A stretch of 64,000 bases of DNA from an uncultured Bacteroidales bacterium (GTDB taxonomy: Bacteria > Bacteroidota > Bacteroidia > Bacteroidales > GCA-2748055), in the NCBI GenBank assembly GCA_963764345.1, contig CAVXSF010000033.1, forward strand, positions 7,931 to 71,930. The letters run 5' to 3'. A program made the translations under genes and the position numbers. The notes below the pieces were generated by a model. The model was not told the origin of the DNA, did not search any database, and worked only from the letters and a program-made list of their open reading frames with translations. Within the stretch, counting starts at the first letter, position 1. Each line of letters begins with the position of its first letter. Below, piece by piece: positions 39,309 through 50,084 of the stretch.

Positions 39309-41780
39309 ATGAGCACAAGATATCTTTCCCTCCGAACATCTGTATTCCTGGTTTCAGCCATCCTTTTCCTTACTACAGGATGTAAGAATACGGCTCCCGG
39401 CCACGGTTATTCCCGGGTTCAGGATTTCAACAACGGCTGGCTTTTCTTCGAGGGCACTGCTGAGGGTGCCGAGAATCCGGCTTTCAATGATGCTGACTGG
39501 AGAACCGTCGATCTGCCTCACGACTGGAGTGTTGAAGACTATGCGGTACAGGATTCAACGCACTACGGCCCTTTTTTCAAAGCCATGGAAAATGGTCACG
39601 ATGTCGGCTACCTCAGGGGCGGGACGGGCTGGTACCGGAAATCATTTACCGTTCCTCCTTCAGAAAGAAATAAACAGGTGATCCTGAATTTCGACGGTGT
39701 GCAGTCGGAAGCCACACTCTTCGTGAACGGCAAAGAAGCTGGCAGGCATGTATACGGATATACTCCATTCCATTTTAACATCACTCCCTACCTGAATCAC
39801 AATGGCAAGGCCGAGGTCCTTGCCGTCAAAGTCTACAAGCCGGAACAGAACTCCCGCTGGTTTACCGGAGCCGGCATATACCGTCCGGTGGCAATTTCCT
39901 ACCTCAGCCCGGTTCATATCGCCCCCTGGGGAGTCGGTGTCACCTCTACCCTACCCGGCGACAATAAGGCTGAAATAGTGGTAAAGGTGATGCTCGAAAA
40001 TTCAGATAGCACGGATGCAGATGTCACCCTTCATGCTGATATTTTATCTCAGGCAAAGGTGAAGGTAGCAGAAGCTGAACAGCAAGGCAAGCTGTCTTCC
40101 AATGGTACGGCGTCTTTTGCGCTGACCACGGCGGTTGCCGCCCCTGAGCTCTGGGATATAAGCAAACCGGTGCTGTATACTGCCTCGGTTTCGTTGATGA
40201 GACATGGTGTTGCAATCGATACATACGAAGTACCTTTCGGCATCAGAACCATTCGTTTTTCTGCAGAGGAAGGCTTCCTCCTGAACGGCAAGCCGGTTCT
40301 CATGAAAGGCGGGTGTATGCACCACGACAACGGCCTTCTCGGGGCCGCAGCTTTTAACCGGGCTGAAGAACGCCGTGTTGAGATCATGAAAAAGAACGGC
40401 TTCAATGCCATCCGTACCAGCCATAATCCCCCGTCCAAAGCTTTTCTCGATGCCTGCGACCGTCAGGGTATGCTGGTGATAGATGAAGCTTTCGATTGCT
40501 GGATGAAGGCAAAAAGACCAAACGATTATCATACTCATTTCAACGACTGGTGGAAACACGACCTGGATGAGATGATTCTCAGGGACCGGAACCACCCTTC
40601 TATTGTAATCTGGAGCATCGGAAACGAGATCCAGGAAAGGTCGGATTCTGCAGGACTGGTCATTGCCCGGAACCTGATCAGGGAAATCAAATCTATAGAC
40701 ACGACCCGGCCGATAACCGAAGCGGTCTGTGCGTTCTGGGACAATCCAGGAAAGGACTGGGACTATTCTGCCAATGCCTTCAGTGTGCTCGATGTTTGCG
40801 GGTATAACTATCAGTGGCAGAACTATGAGAATGACCATGCAAAGTACCCTGACCGCATCATGGCGGGTACAGAATCCGTCCCAAAAGAGGCATTTGAAAA
40901 CTGGCGCCTTGTAAAAAGCCAGCCTTACGTTATCGGTGATTTTGTGTGGACGGGATGGGATTACCTGGGAGAAGCCGGGATTGGCCACGCCACCTGGCAG
41001 TCTGATAAACATTTCCAGGATCCGTTTGCGATGCCCTGGCCCTGGTATGTCTCTAACTGCGGGGATATAGATATCACCGGGCATAAGAAACCACAATCGT
41101 ATTACCGTGATGTGGTTTGGGGTGAGAGCAACCTCGAAATGGCAGTTCACGAACCTGCCCCCGACGGCAAGTTTGAGATGGTCTTTTTCTGGGGCTGGCC
41201 ACAGGAAGTTCAGAGCTGGAACTGGCCGGGCGAAGAAGGCAAACCACTGAAGGTTACCGTGTATTCTTCCTATCCGAAGGTGAGACTGGAACTGAATGGC
41301 ACGGTGCTCGGTGAACAGGAAATTCCGGCTGATTCGGCATATAAGGCACGGTTTACCGTCCCCTATCAACCCGGCGAACTTAAAGTCAGTGGCATTGACA
41401 ACGGAGAAGTGAAGGAAACGAAAGTATTTCAAACCAGCGGCCAGGTTGTCCGCCTGAAACTCGAACCGGAGAGGACAACTATCCGGGCCGACAGAGGGGA
41501 GATCGTTTATATTAATGTGACGGCGGTTGACAGCGCGGGAAATATTGTTCCGGATGCATCCTTACCGGTTCGTGTGAAAATTTCCGGTGAAGGAGAACTC
41601 CTGGCTGCAGGAAATGCCTCCCCGCAGGCAGAAGGCAGCCTTCAGGATAACAGCTTTACTTTGTTCCGGGGAAGAGGACAGATCATTGTTCGATCAACCG
41701 GTAAAGCCGGAAGTATAATGGTTGAAGCTACGCCGGAGGGCGTTGAGAATGCGAAGACTGAGGTTAGGGCGGGGGATTGA
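39309..41780 (+). CDS. GH2 beta-galactosidase-like lipoprotein
   Basis: LPHDW, FDGVQS, GAGIYRPV, KGGCMHHDNG, IRTSHNP, RNHPSIVIWSIGNE, GDFVWTGWDYLGE; lipobox TTGC. Confidence 0.92.
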   Translation: MSTRYLSLRTSVFLVSAILFLTTGCKNTAPGHGYSRVQDFNNGWLFFEGTAEGAENPAFNDADWRTVDLPHDWSVEDYAVQDSTHYGPFFKAMENGHDVGYLRGGTGWYRKSFTVPPSERNKQVILNFDGVQSEATLFVNGKEAGRHVYGYTPFHFNITPYLNHNGKAEVLAVKVYKPEQNSRWFTGAGIYRPVAISYLSPVHIAPWGVGVTSTLPGDNKAEIVVKVMLENSDSTDADVTLHADILSQAKVKVAEAEQQGKLSSNGTASFALTTAVAAPELWDISKPVLYTASVSLMRHGVAIDTYEVPFGIRTIRFSAEEGFLLNGKPVLMKGGCMHHDNGLLGAAAFNRAEERRVEIMKKNGFNAIRTSHNPPSKAFLDACDRQGMLVIDEAFDCWMKAKRPNDYHTHFNDWWKHDLDEMILRDRNHPSIVIWSIGNEIQERSDSAGLVIARNLIREIKSIDTTRPITEAVCAFWDNPGKDWDYSANAFSVLDVCGYNYQWQNYENDHAKYPDRIMAGTESVPKEAFENWRLVKSQPYVIGDFVWTGWDYLGEAGIGHATWQSDKHFQDPFAMPWPWYVSNCGDIDITGHKKPQSYYRDVVWGESNLEMAVHEPAPDGKFEMVFFWGWPQEVQSWNWPGEEGKPLKVTVYSSYPKVRLELNGTVLGEQEIPADSAYKARFTVPYQPGELKVSGIDNGEVKETKVFQTSGQVVRLKLEPERTTIRADRGEIVYINVTAVDSAGNIVPDASLPVRVKISGEGELLAAGNASPQAEGSLQDNSFTLFRGRGQIIVRSTGKAGSIMVEATPEGVENAKTEVRAGD

Positions 41781-41868
41781 GGGATTGAGGGATTGAGGGA
41801 TTGAGGGATTGAGGGATTGAGGGATCAGGGATTGAGGGATTGAGAGGATTGAGGGATTGAGGGATTGA
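41773..41868 (+). repeat. Tandem octamer (GGGATTGA) x12, G-quadruplex-prone
   Basis: Read directly; the first unit contains the GH2 stop codon; two variant units. Confidence 0.95.
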
Positions 41869-41995
41869 GTTAGAAAGTTAGAAAGTTTGAGATAAGCCAG
41901 ATACGACTAAACAAGCTTAGACAAGATAGAAAGTTAGAGATTCGTGATAACCGTCGAACTGTTCAATTAAGTGGTGTAACACTAGAAGTACGACT

Positions 41996-42063
41996 AACAA
42001 CTCAACAACTAAACAACTCAACAACTAAACAACTAAACTCAATCTAGTGCTAATCTGTGGTGA
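41996..42063 (+). repeat. (AACAACTC/AACAACTA) x5 followed by AATCTGTGGTGA motif
   Basis: Read directly; reverse complement of the units at 60063-60137. Confidence 0.85.
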
Positions 42064-42320
42064 ATCTTTTCCCCTAGGGAGTTAGAAAGTCCGTTCTGGC
42101 GTCCTTCTTCACCCATAGCTTCTTCTGTCCAAAATGATTTTCAGGAAGAATATTTTCAAACATTTTATTGAGCGGGCTGTTAACAGGATGCCGGAAAACG
42201 ATAGTCCGGCGTGGAGGATTTGTCTGAATGTTTTTTCGTTCACATGTTGCCGGAAGGACGATATATCAACATCCGGCAGCACCTCCAAAAATAAAAAAGT
42301 GGATTTAAAACCAGTGCGCC

Positions 42321-43306
42321 ATGAACAATACACAGAAACATATAAATTATGTCTACAACGATTCAAACTTGCTGGATGCTTATTCAGACACGATAACCGG
42401 AGTGGTCAGTGACGTTGCAGATGCTGTCGTGCATGTTGAAGTAGATAAAAAGATTAAGGATCCGCGAACAAATCAGGTCGGGATACAGACCGGTGCCGCT
42501 TCCGGGTTTTCCATTTCCACCGACGGGTATATCATTACCAACCATCATGTGATTGAAGATGCTGAAAACATCAGGGTCATCCTTAATGACGGACGAAAGG
42601 TTGATGCCGATATCAGAGGCAGTGATCCTTCGACGGATATCGCTGTGATTAAAATATACGAGACGCTTCATACCCTCTCTCTTGCTGATTCTTCGAAGCT
42701 GAAACCCGGGCAGATTGCCATCGCTATCGGTAACCCACTTGGATTGCAGCATACAGTAACCACCGGTGTGGTAAGCGCCCTGGGAAGATCTCTTCGCGCA
42801 ACCAACGGCAGGCTTATCGACGATGTGATCCAGACCGATGCTGCCCTGAATCCGGGCAACAGCGGCGGTCCCTTGCTGGATTCCCATGGAAACGTAATCG
42901 GGGTGAATACAGCCATCATTAATATGGCCCAGGGCATCTGTTTTGCCGTATCTTCCAACCTTGCAGGAAATGTGGCAGGACTGCTTATCCTGGAGGGGAA
43001 AATTGTCCGGTCGCAACTTGGGATAGCCGGGCAGACGGTGCATCTTACTCCAAGAATGGTAGCCGTGAACAAGCTGGAAAAGCCTTCCGGAGTCTATGTG
43101 TATGAGATATTAAAAGAAAGTCTTGCCGAAAATAAAAACCTCATACCGGTGATATCATTGTCAGGTTCGAAGATTCGCCAATCGGCAGCATCGATGACCT
43201 TCACCGTTTACTTACCCGTGAGAAAATAGGCATTTCCGCAAACATAGGTGTTTTACGGCAAGGCAGATTGGAAAGTGTGACAGTGGTTCCGTCGGAGGTG
43301 GTTTGA
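42321..43306 (+). CDS. HtrA/DegP-like S1C serine protease with PDZ domain, apparent 1-bp deletion at ~43142
   Basis: IITNHHV, TDIAVIK, QTDAALNPGNSGGPL; the alternate frame gives TGDIIVRFED..I.SIDDLHRLL...VV* ending at 43306. Confidence 0.85.
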
Positions 43307-43565
43307 TCCTTAATCCATGGTAAGTCAGCCGCTATGCCACGTGTTCCGGAATATTCGATTTAATACTGATTATCTGTAATCACTTACCCTATGCCCCGGT
43401 TCTTTCCCTCCCCACATTCGGGTAGGACAATGAATCAGCCAACAATACTTCTGCTCCGGTGTTTTGATGATGAAGCAGAATGCAGGCATATTGGCTCAGA
43501 TACTGATTAGATTTATATGTCTTTCTTACTGTAAAGTTTTTAGGATTTGAATTTAGGTTTCGCGT

Positions 43566-44525
43566 ATGGAATACAAAGATTACTATAAAACTCTTGGCGT
43601 TGCAAAAAATGCCAGTCAGGATGAGATAAAGAAGGCTTACCGCAAGCTTGCGGTAAAATTTCACCCTGATAAAAACCAGGGAAACAAGCAGGCGGAAGAC
43701 CGCTTCAAGGAGGTCGGAGAAGCTTATGAAGTACTGAAAGATCCGGAGAAGAGGAAGAAGTACGACCAGCTTGGGGCAAACTGGAAACAATATGAGCAGG
43801 CCGGAGCAAATGCCGGCGGCGGTTTTGGAGGGTCACCGTTTACAGGCCGGGGCCGTAGTGGCGGAGGACAGACTTTTTATTATGAAGGAGACATGGGGGA
43901 TATGTTCGGAGGCACGGAGGGCGGGTTCTCTGACTTTTTCAATGCCTTTTTTGGAAATATGGGCGGCGGGCGCCGTTCAGATCCTTTCAGAAGCCGGAGC
44001 CAGAGCATAAAAGGCCAGGACCTGCGGGCTGACATGGTTATCCCGCTCGAAGAGGCTTATCATGGCACTTCGCGTATTCTGAATGTGAATGGTCAGAAAT
44101 TGCGCATAACGACAAAACCGGGTGCCTACGACGGCCAGGAGTTAAGAATCAAGGGGAAGGGTGCTCCGGGTATGAACGGTGGTCCAAACGGTGATATTTA
44201 TATTCGCATACATGTTACCCCTCATCCGGTATTCAGGCGCGACGGCAACGACCTGGTTATGGAAAAGGACATCGACCTGTACACCGCGGTGCTTGGAGGA
44301 AAAGTTGAGATCACTACCCTTTCGGGAAAGGTCAGTGTGCCTGTGGCAAAAGGGTCACAAAACGGGACCAGACTCAGGCTGAAAGAAAAAGGAATGCCGG
44401 TATATGATCAGCCGCAGAAATCCGGAGATCTCTATATCAGGCTGAACATCATTATTCCCTCTAAACTGAGCAAAGAAGAAACGGAACTCTTTCAAAAACT
44501 CGGGAATTTAAACAAACGGGCATAG
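43566..44525 (+). CDS. cbpA: DnaJ-class (CbpA-like) chaperone
   Basis: DYYKTLGV...HPD J-domain, G/F-rich linker, no Zn finger, DnaJ C-terminal domain. Confidence 0.85.
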   Translation: MEYKDYYKTLGVAKNASQDEIKKAYRKLAVKFHPDKNQGNKQAEDRFKEVGEAYEVLKDPEKRKKYDQLGANWKQYEQAGANAGGGFGGSPFTGRGRSGGGQTFYYEGDMGDMFGGTEGGFSDFFNAFFGNMGGGRRSDPFRSRSQSIKGQDLRADMVIPLEEAYHGTSRILNVNGQKLRITTKPGAYDGQELRIKGKGAPGMNGGPNGDIYIRIHVTPHPVFRRDGNDLVMEKDIDLYTAVLGGKVEITTLSGKVSVPVAKGSQNGTRLRLKEKGMPVYDQPQKSGDLYIRLNIIIPSKLSKEETELFQKLGNLNKRA

Positions 44526-44546
44526 AACATTAAAAATGATCAGGAT

Positions 44547-44906
44547 ATGGTGTCAATTATTCAATATTTTCAGTCCGGACAGCAGAACCCATTCCTGAAG
44601 GATTTCACAGACCGGATGGAGGAACTTCGTTACCGGTATTATGCCAGTGAACTCCTTGTCCAGCTGTTACATTCACCCGATTTCGACCTGAACGAGGCTG
44701 TCAGGAAGGCCATGGCTCTCTGTAAGCTTTCGGGTATTCGGGTTCAGGATCACTTTACGGCTGTTTACCGTTCAGAATTCGGCGGACTGGCCAGGGACTG
44801 GAAGCTTTCGGAGCTGGCATGCGGCTTTGTGATCATCAGTTTAAATGCCGGAAATGATGAAGCCCGTGACATCCAGGAAGCGTTCATCCATTATCTCGGA
44901 CTGTAG
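44547..44906 (+). CDS. Hypothetical protein
   Basis: 119-aa ORF 22 bp after cbpA with plausible composition. Confidence 0.6.
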   Translation: MVSIIQYFQSGQQNPFLKDFTDRMEELRYRYYASELLVQLLHSPDFDLNEAVRKAMALCKLSGIRVQDHFTAVYRSEFGGLARDWKLSELACGFVIISLNAGNDEARDIQEAFIHYLGL

Positions 44907-45196
44907 GATGAAAGGATGCTGACAAGCTCTTCCCTGGAGGTAAGCCCCGACTTCCTCCATGAAATCCCACCGTTCTTAAAGAGGATAAGGGTTGGTATAC
45001 TCCGGATCTGGTAACGCCCGGATATGCCGGGATTTTTATCCACATCAATTTTGATGACCTTTACCTTGTCACCAAGTTCTCCGGCCACCTGTTCGACGAT
45101 CGGAGACTGAACCCTGCAGGGCTGACACCATTCAGCCCAAAAATCCACTAAAACCGGGATGTCTGAATCAATAATCGTGTTAAAATTCCCTTTCAT
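44891..45196 (-). CDS. trxA: Thioredoxin
   Basis: VLVDFWAEWCQPC, KIDVD, IRSIPTLILFKNG. Confidence 0.92.
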   Translation of the reverse strand: MKGNFNTIIDSDIPVLVDFWAEWCQPCRVQSPIVEQVAGELGDKVKVIKIDVDKNPGISGRYQIRSIPTLILFKNGGISWRKSGLTSREELVSILSSYSPR

Positions 45197-45262
45197 ACAG
45201 GTTATTATTAAAAATTTCTATTGTGGAAGGATTAACGGGCCGGACAATCCGGCAACCTGGAT

Positions 45263-46198
45263 TTAGAATGGTGCACCTGATTCCTGTTTCATTTCACGGT
45301 GAATGATTTTTTCCGCCATCAAGGGAGCATGGCGGTACAGCCAGGTGATAAGCCTTCCTTCCGTAGTCAGCGTGATATCCTTCTTTTTATGTATGATACC
45401 TTCCACTACTTCTTCGGCCACCCGTTCCGCTGTCATTAGACTGTCTTCCTCCCTGGGTGTGCTTACCTGTGGAAATCCCCGGCCATCAAGGGCTCTGTGT
45501 CTTATGTCGGAATTTGTAAATCCCGGATGCACCAGCATAACATGAAGTCCTTTACCTATGTTTTCTATCCGCAAAGTCTCAAGAAACCCGTCAAGAGCAT
45601 GCTTGGAGGCCACATAGCCTGTACGGCCGGGCAAAGGTGTAATACCGCAAATGGAAGAGATACCCACTATGCTTCCCCTGGACTCGAGCAGGTATGGAAA
45701 TGCAAATCTTGTGCAGTATACCGAACCCCAGAAGTTCGTATCCATAAGCTTTTTCAATACAGAGATACGGACATCGCTGAAATTTGCCCTCATTGAGATT
45801 CCTGCGTTATTTACCAGGATATCCATCTGGCCATATGCCTGTATCGTTTTATTTATAAGGACTTTGCATTGCAATTCATCGGATACATCCGTGGGTACCG
45901 ACAGTGCCGTTCCTCCCCTTTTCACAATGTCACCGGCAAGATCATCCAATATACTCCCGTTACGTGAAGCCAGGACAACTTTTGCCCCTCTTGCAGCCAG
46001 TTCGAGGGCGATAGCACGTCCGATTCCCGATGAAGCACCGGTGACGACAGCCACCTTGTTCTTTACCGTCTCTTCCTCATTTCCATAGAAGGACTGAAAA
46101 TACGATTTTCCAAGATTACGGGTATTTTCAAAGATCAACCCCATCGATGGGAATTCCCATTCACGGTTGGAAATGAGAGGATGAAAATAGTTCTTCAT
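45263..46198 (-). CDS. Short-chain dehydrogenase/reductase (start uncertain)
   Basis: VTGASSGIG, LVNNAG, YVASK catalytic YxxxK. Confidence 0.9.
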   Translation of the reverse strand: MKNYFHPLISNREWEFPSMGLIFENTRNLGKSYFQSFYGNEEETVKNKVAVVTGASSGIGRAIALELAARGAKVVLASRNGSILDDLAGDIVKRGGTALSVPTDVSDELQCKVLINKTIQAYGQMDILVNNAGISMRANFSDVRISVLKKLMDTNFWGSVYCTRFAFPYLLESRGSIVGISSICGITPLPGRTGYVASKHALDGFLETLRIENIGKGLHVMLVHPGFTNSDIRHRALDGRGFPQVSTPREEDSLMTAERVAEEVVEGIIHKKKDITLTTEGRLITWLYRHAPLMAEKIIHREMKQESGAPF

Positions 46199-46496
46199 AG
46201 TCGCGCCAACTTTGGTTCGTTATATATCCGGACTGGTTATAACCGTCCTTTAGAATACAAACAATCCGGGAAAAAGTTGTTTTTTCATTCATGCTATCCT
46301 TCCCTGATTCACCTAATTTAATGATAGCTGAATGATCCTTTTGTGAAGGTCTCTTTTCTCATGGAAACCAAAATCCATATTCATCTTTGATCCGGGATGA
46401 ACATTTTGCATCATTCTCCGGTTTGACAAGTACGTCCGGGTTGTTTTCAGCATAAGCGCATATCAGGATCCGGCAGTATATTCATCTGATTAAGAA

Positions 46497-47087
46497 ATGA
46501 ACTTAGATTTTACGCTTTCGTTGCAGGACGATCTCGTCCTGCTAAGACCTTTGGAAAAAGAAGATTTTCAGGAATTCAAGGGGCTTACCCGTGACCGGTC
46601 AATGTGGACCTGGTTCACCCACGATTTGTCGGATGAGAAAGTACTTTTGGAATGGGTATCTTCCTCTATTTCTGAAATGACCAACAAGACAAGGCTCGCC
46701 TTCACTGTCGTTGAAAAGGCCTCCGGAAAAATTGCAGGTTGCACCAGTTTTGGAAATATCTCTTATCGGGACAAGCGACTTGAGATTGGCTGGACATGGC
46801 TCGGAACAGACTTTCAGGGCAGGGGGCTTAACCAGTCCATGAAATTCCTGATGCTGGAATATAGTTTTGAAGATATGCTTTTTGAAAGGGTGGAAAGCAA
46901 AACGGATGTTCTGAATGTTCCGGCCCGTAAAGCGCTTGCCCGTTCAGGTATGTCTGAAGAGGGTATACTGAGGAGCCATACGCTGATGACTAACAACCGC
47001 CGGAGAGATACCATATATTACAGTATGCTGAAAAAGGAATGGCCTGAGATGAAAATCCGGTATCTGAAGAGTAAAGGCTCAAAATGA
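46497..47087 (+). CDS. GNAT (RimJ/RimL-type) N-acetyltransferase
   Basis: LLRPL, EIGWTWLG..FQGRG.N, EGILRSH...RRDTIYYS. Confidence 0.88.
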   Translation: MNLDFTLSLQDDLVLLRPLEKEDFQEFKGLTRDRSMWTWFTHDLSDEKVLLEWVSSSISEMTNKTRLAFTVVEKASGKIAGCTSFGNISYRDKRLEIGWTWLGTDFQGRGLNQSMKFLMLEYSFEDMLFERVESKTDVLNVPARKALARSGMSEEGILRSHTLMTNNRRRDTIYYSMLKKEWPEMKIRYLKSKGSK

Positions 47088-47472
47088 AATGGTTATGATC
47101 TCTCATTCTTTTGCTCCCTTACGGAAGAAGGTCCTGGAGGGCACAGAGGTGAACTCTTAATACCTAAAGGTCCATCACCGGGTAAAACATAACTAATGAG
47201 CATTTTTACTATATTCTCTGTTCTCCCGGAAAAGGTTAAAACGGGCATCCACAGCAAATGGCCTGTGTCTCCGGTAAAGATTTCAGGGAGGGAAAAAAGA
47301 TTCATGAACCTCCACCTGGCACTTTCAATATCAGGATTGAAAATCTGATAATTAAGATTGTACTTCCATTTATAAGAATTTCTCAAATTATTAAACCAAT
47401 CGCCATGATGCGTGTTTTACTTCATTATTATTATTTTCATCAGTACATTATGTTCCTTAGAAACCAAGTTTT

Positions 47473-48900
47473 TTGAACGACATGAAAATTAACCATGCAT
47501 TCTTAACGTGTAGTAAGTTTTCAATGGAAACTGCGGAAAAATCATCCGCTATTTTTTTGCTGCAGTTTTCCGTTTTCCTGATCCTGTCGTCGTTATCCCT
47601 TTCCCTCTATTCCCAGCCAGTGGGGAGCAGCCTTACTGACAGTGTCAGTCTCGATCAGTGCCTGACATGGGCAATGCAACATTCCCCGGTAGTGAAACAG
47701 CTGGAACTGGATGAGCGCATTTCACAACAGGACATTCGTATTGCCTATTCCGACTGGCTGCCCCAAATCACATCCAGTGCCAATTATCAGTACTACCTTA
47801 AGCAGCCTGTGATTTTTCTGCCGAACTTTTCAGATCCGACGGGACCGAAAACGGAAATCTCGACGGGCGTAAAGAACAATTCGACGGTTACTTTTGCAGC
47901 CAACCAGATCCTGTTTAATCCTGACGTGTACCTGGCTGCAAGGACATCGGGCTATTACCGGCAGCAGTCCAAACAAAATACCAGGGACGCGCTGATCAGC
48001 CTGGTCGCCGATATCAGCAAGGCCTATTACGGGGTTATCGGGGCCGTTCAGCAGGTCAATATTATTAAGGAAGATATCCAGCGCATCAATAAAAGTCTGC
48101 GGGATGCCTATGCTAAATATGAGACCGGTGTAAGTGACGACATTGATTACAAGCGGGCGACCATTTCTCTGAATAACGCCAAAACACAGCTGATCACGGC
48201 CGGTGAAAATATGGAAGCCGGACTTCTGAACCTGAAAAAACTGATTGAATATCCGGATGATAAACCCCTCATTCTTAAAAGTGATTTTTCCAGTATGGAG
48301 AAGGAGATCAGGATAGACAAAAAACCCGAACTGGACTATTCAAACCGCATTGAATATCAGCTTCTGAAAACCAATATCGAGCTTCAGAAATCCATGGTTG
48401 ATTATTACCGTCTCGACTTTCTGCCCACCCTCTCCGGATTTGCTACATACAACATTGCCTATCAAAATGATAATTTCTCAGGCCTGTACAGCAGGTCGTT
48501 TCCAAATTCGGTGGTTGGACTTACACTCGGCTTCCCTATTTTTCAGGGAACAAAAAGAATCGCCAACCTGAAAAAGGCAAATCTGACTTACGACAGGATG
48601 ACCCTCGACACCCTTAACCTGAGGAATCAGATGAGTGTTGAATTCACACGTGCCATGGCTTCCTATAAAAGTTACCTGACAGCCTACCTCGCAACCATTA
48701 AAAATGAAGAGATTGCCGGTGAAGTATACAATACTGTAAAATCCCAGTATGACCAGGGCATCAAGTCATTCCTGGAGGTGATCGTTTCGGAAACAGACTT
48801 GCGGACGGCACAGATCAACCACATCAACACCCTTGTTTTGCTTTTATCAGCCAAAGTAGACCTGGAACGCTCCATGGGCAAAATTTCCGTAAATTATTAA
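47473..48900 (+). CDS. TolC-family outer membrane efflux protein
   Basis: SLDQCL..A..HSP, WLPQI, FLPTL, PIFQG, helical repeats; first gene of the efflux operon. Confidence 0.88.
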   Translation: MNDMKINHAFLTCSKFSMETAEKSSAIFLLQFSVFLILSSLSLSLYSQPVGSSLTDSVSLDQCLTWAMQHSPVVKQLELDERISQQDIRIAYSDWLPQITSSANYQYYLKQPVIFLPNFSDPTGPKTEISTGVKNNSTVTFAANQILFNPDVYLAARTSGYYRQQSKQNTRDALISLVADISKAYYGVIGAVQQVNIIKEDIQRINKSLRDAYAKYETGVSDDIDYKRATISLNNAKTQLITAGENMEAGLLNLKKLIEYPDDKPLILKSDFSSMEKEIRIDKKPELDYSNRIEYQLLKTNIELQKSMVDYYRLDFLPTLSGFATYNIAYQNDNFSGLYSRSFPNSVVGLTLGFPIFQGTKRIANLKKANLTYDRMTLDTLNLRNQMSVEFTRAMASYKSYLTAYLATIKNEEIAGEVYNTVKSQYDQGIKSFLEVIVSETDLRTAQINHINTLVLLLSAKVDLERSMGKISVNY

Positions 48901-48911
48901 CTCCATTCATC

Positions 48912-50072
48912 ATGACAATATCTCCTGTAAAACCTTCAGTTACGCTTATCATATCCTTAGCCTTCCTTTCCCTGGCTTCATGCACTAAGAAGGGAAAGCC
49001 GGGAGGGTATCAGGGTCAGGGACAAAATCCGGTCTCGGTTACCCCGTACATTGTAAATGAACAGAGCGTTGCCTATTACGATGTATACCCCGCTACGGTC
49101 ACCGCATTGCAACAGGTAGAACTCCGCAGTGAGGTGAGCGGTTTCATAACCGGCATCTATTTTAAAGAGGGGTCGTATGTCGAGAGTGGCAGCAGACTCT
49201 ATGAGATCGACCGGAGCAAGTACCAGGCGGTTTATGAACAGGCCAGTGCAGGTGTGGCCATTGCCAATGCCAATCTTCAGAAAGCACAGCGTGACCTTGA
49301 CAGGTATACCAGTCTGAACCAGCAGAATGCCATTGCAAAACAGACCTTTGATGATGCCCGGACGACCCTGGATAATGCAAAGACGCAGGTCAAAGCTGCC
49401 AAAGCCGAACTGGACAATGCACAAACCGACCTTGGTCATTCCATAATAACAGCCCCTTTCAGCGGCACCATCGGCTTTTCACAGGTAAAGAAGGGAACCT
49501 ATGTTGTAGCCGGGCAAACACTGATGAATACCATTTCTTCCAATAATCCCACCGGCGTTGATTTCGCCATCGACTCAAAGGAATTGCCTTATTACAGGGA
49601 TATTGAACGTCAGGGAAAAGGCCAGGTCGACAGCACCTTTCTCCTGATGCTGCCCGACGGAAGCCGCTATGCATCTCCTGGCAGACTTAGTGTGATAGCC
49701 CGGGCAGCTGATCCTCAGACAGGAACGATCATGGTCAGGGTCATCTTCCCCAATGAAGACGGAAAACTGAAAACCGGCATGAATATCAGGGCCAGGGTTT
49801 TGAACAAAGAATCCGGCAGACAGGTTGTCATCCCCTTCAAGGCTGTAACTGAGCAGATGAGTGAGTACTTTGTATTTCAGGTTCACGGCAATAAGGTGAA
49901 GCAGACCCGTATTGAATCCGGGCTGAACCTGGGAGAATATATTGTGGTGCTATCAGGGGTACAACCCGGTGATACCATTGTTGCTGAAGGTATTCGGAAT
50001 ATCCGGAACGGATCTTCCGTTAAGCTCACGAAGCCGGGCGAAAAAGCCGGAAAAGAAAGGGTAACCGATTAA
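48912..50072 (+). CDS. RND efflux periplasmic adaptor subunit
   Basis: Lipobox LASC, ELRSEVSGFI, ITAPFSGTIG, DPQTGT, LKTGM. Confidence 0.92.
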   Translation: MTISPVKPSVTLIISLAFLSLASCTKKGKPGGYQGQGQNPVSVTPYIVNEQSVAYYDVYPATVTALQQVELRSEVSGFITGIYFKEGSYVESGSRLYEIDRSKYQAVYEQASAGVAIANANLQKAQRDLDRYTSLNQQNAIAKQTFDDARTTLDNAKTQVKAAKAELDNAQTDLGHSIITAPFSGTIGFSQVKKGTYVVAGQTLMNTISSNNPTGVDFAIDSKELPYYRDIERQGKGQVDSTFLLMLPDGSRYASPGRLSVIARAADPQTGTIMVRVIFPNEDGKLKTGMNIRARVLNKESGRQVVIPFKAVTEQMSEYFVFQVHGNKVKQTRIESGLNLGEYIVVLSGVQPGDTIVAEGIRNIRNGSSVKLTKPGEKAGKERVTD

Positions 50073-50084
50073 TCCTAACCCATT

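Noticed and set aside
40044-41432. 462-aa minus-strand ORF
   Set aside because: Antisense shadow of the well-supported GH2 gene.
41773-41868. Repeat arrays here and at 59911-60140 as CRISPR
   Set aside because: They are contiguous 8-bp units with no unique spacers, and no cas genes are present.
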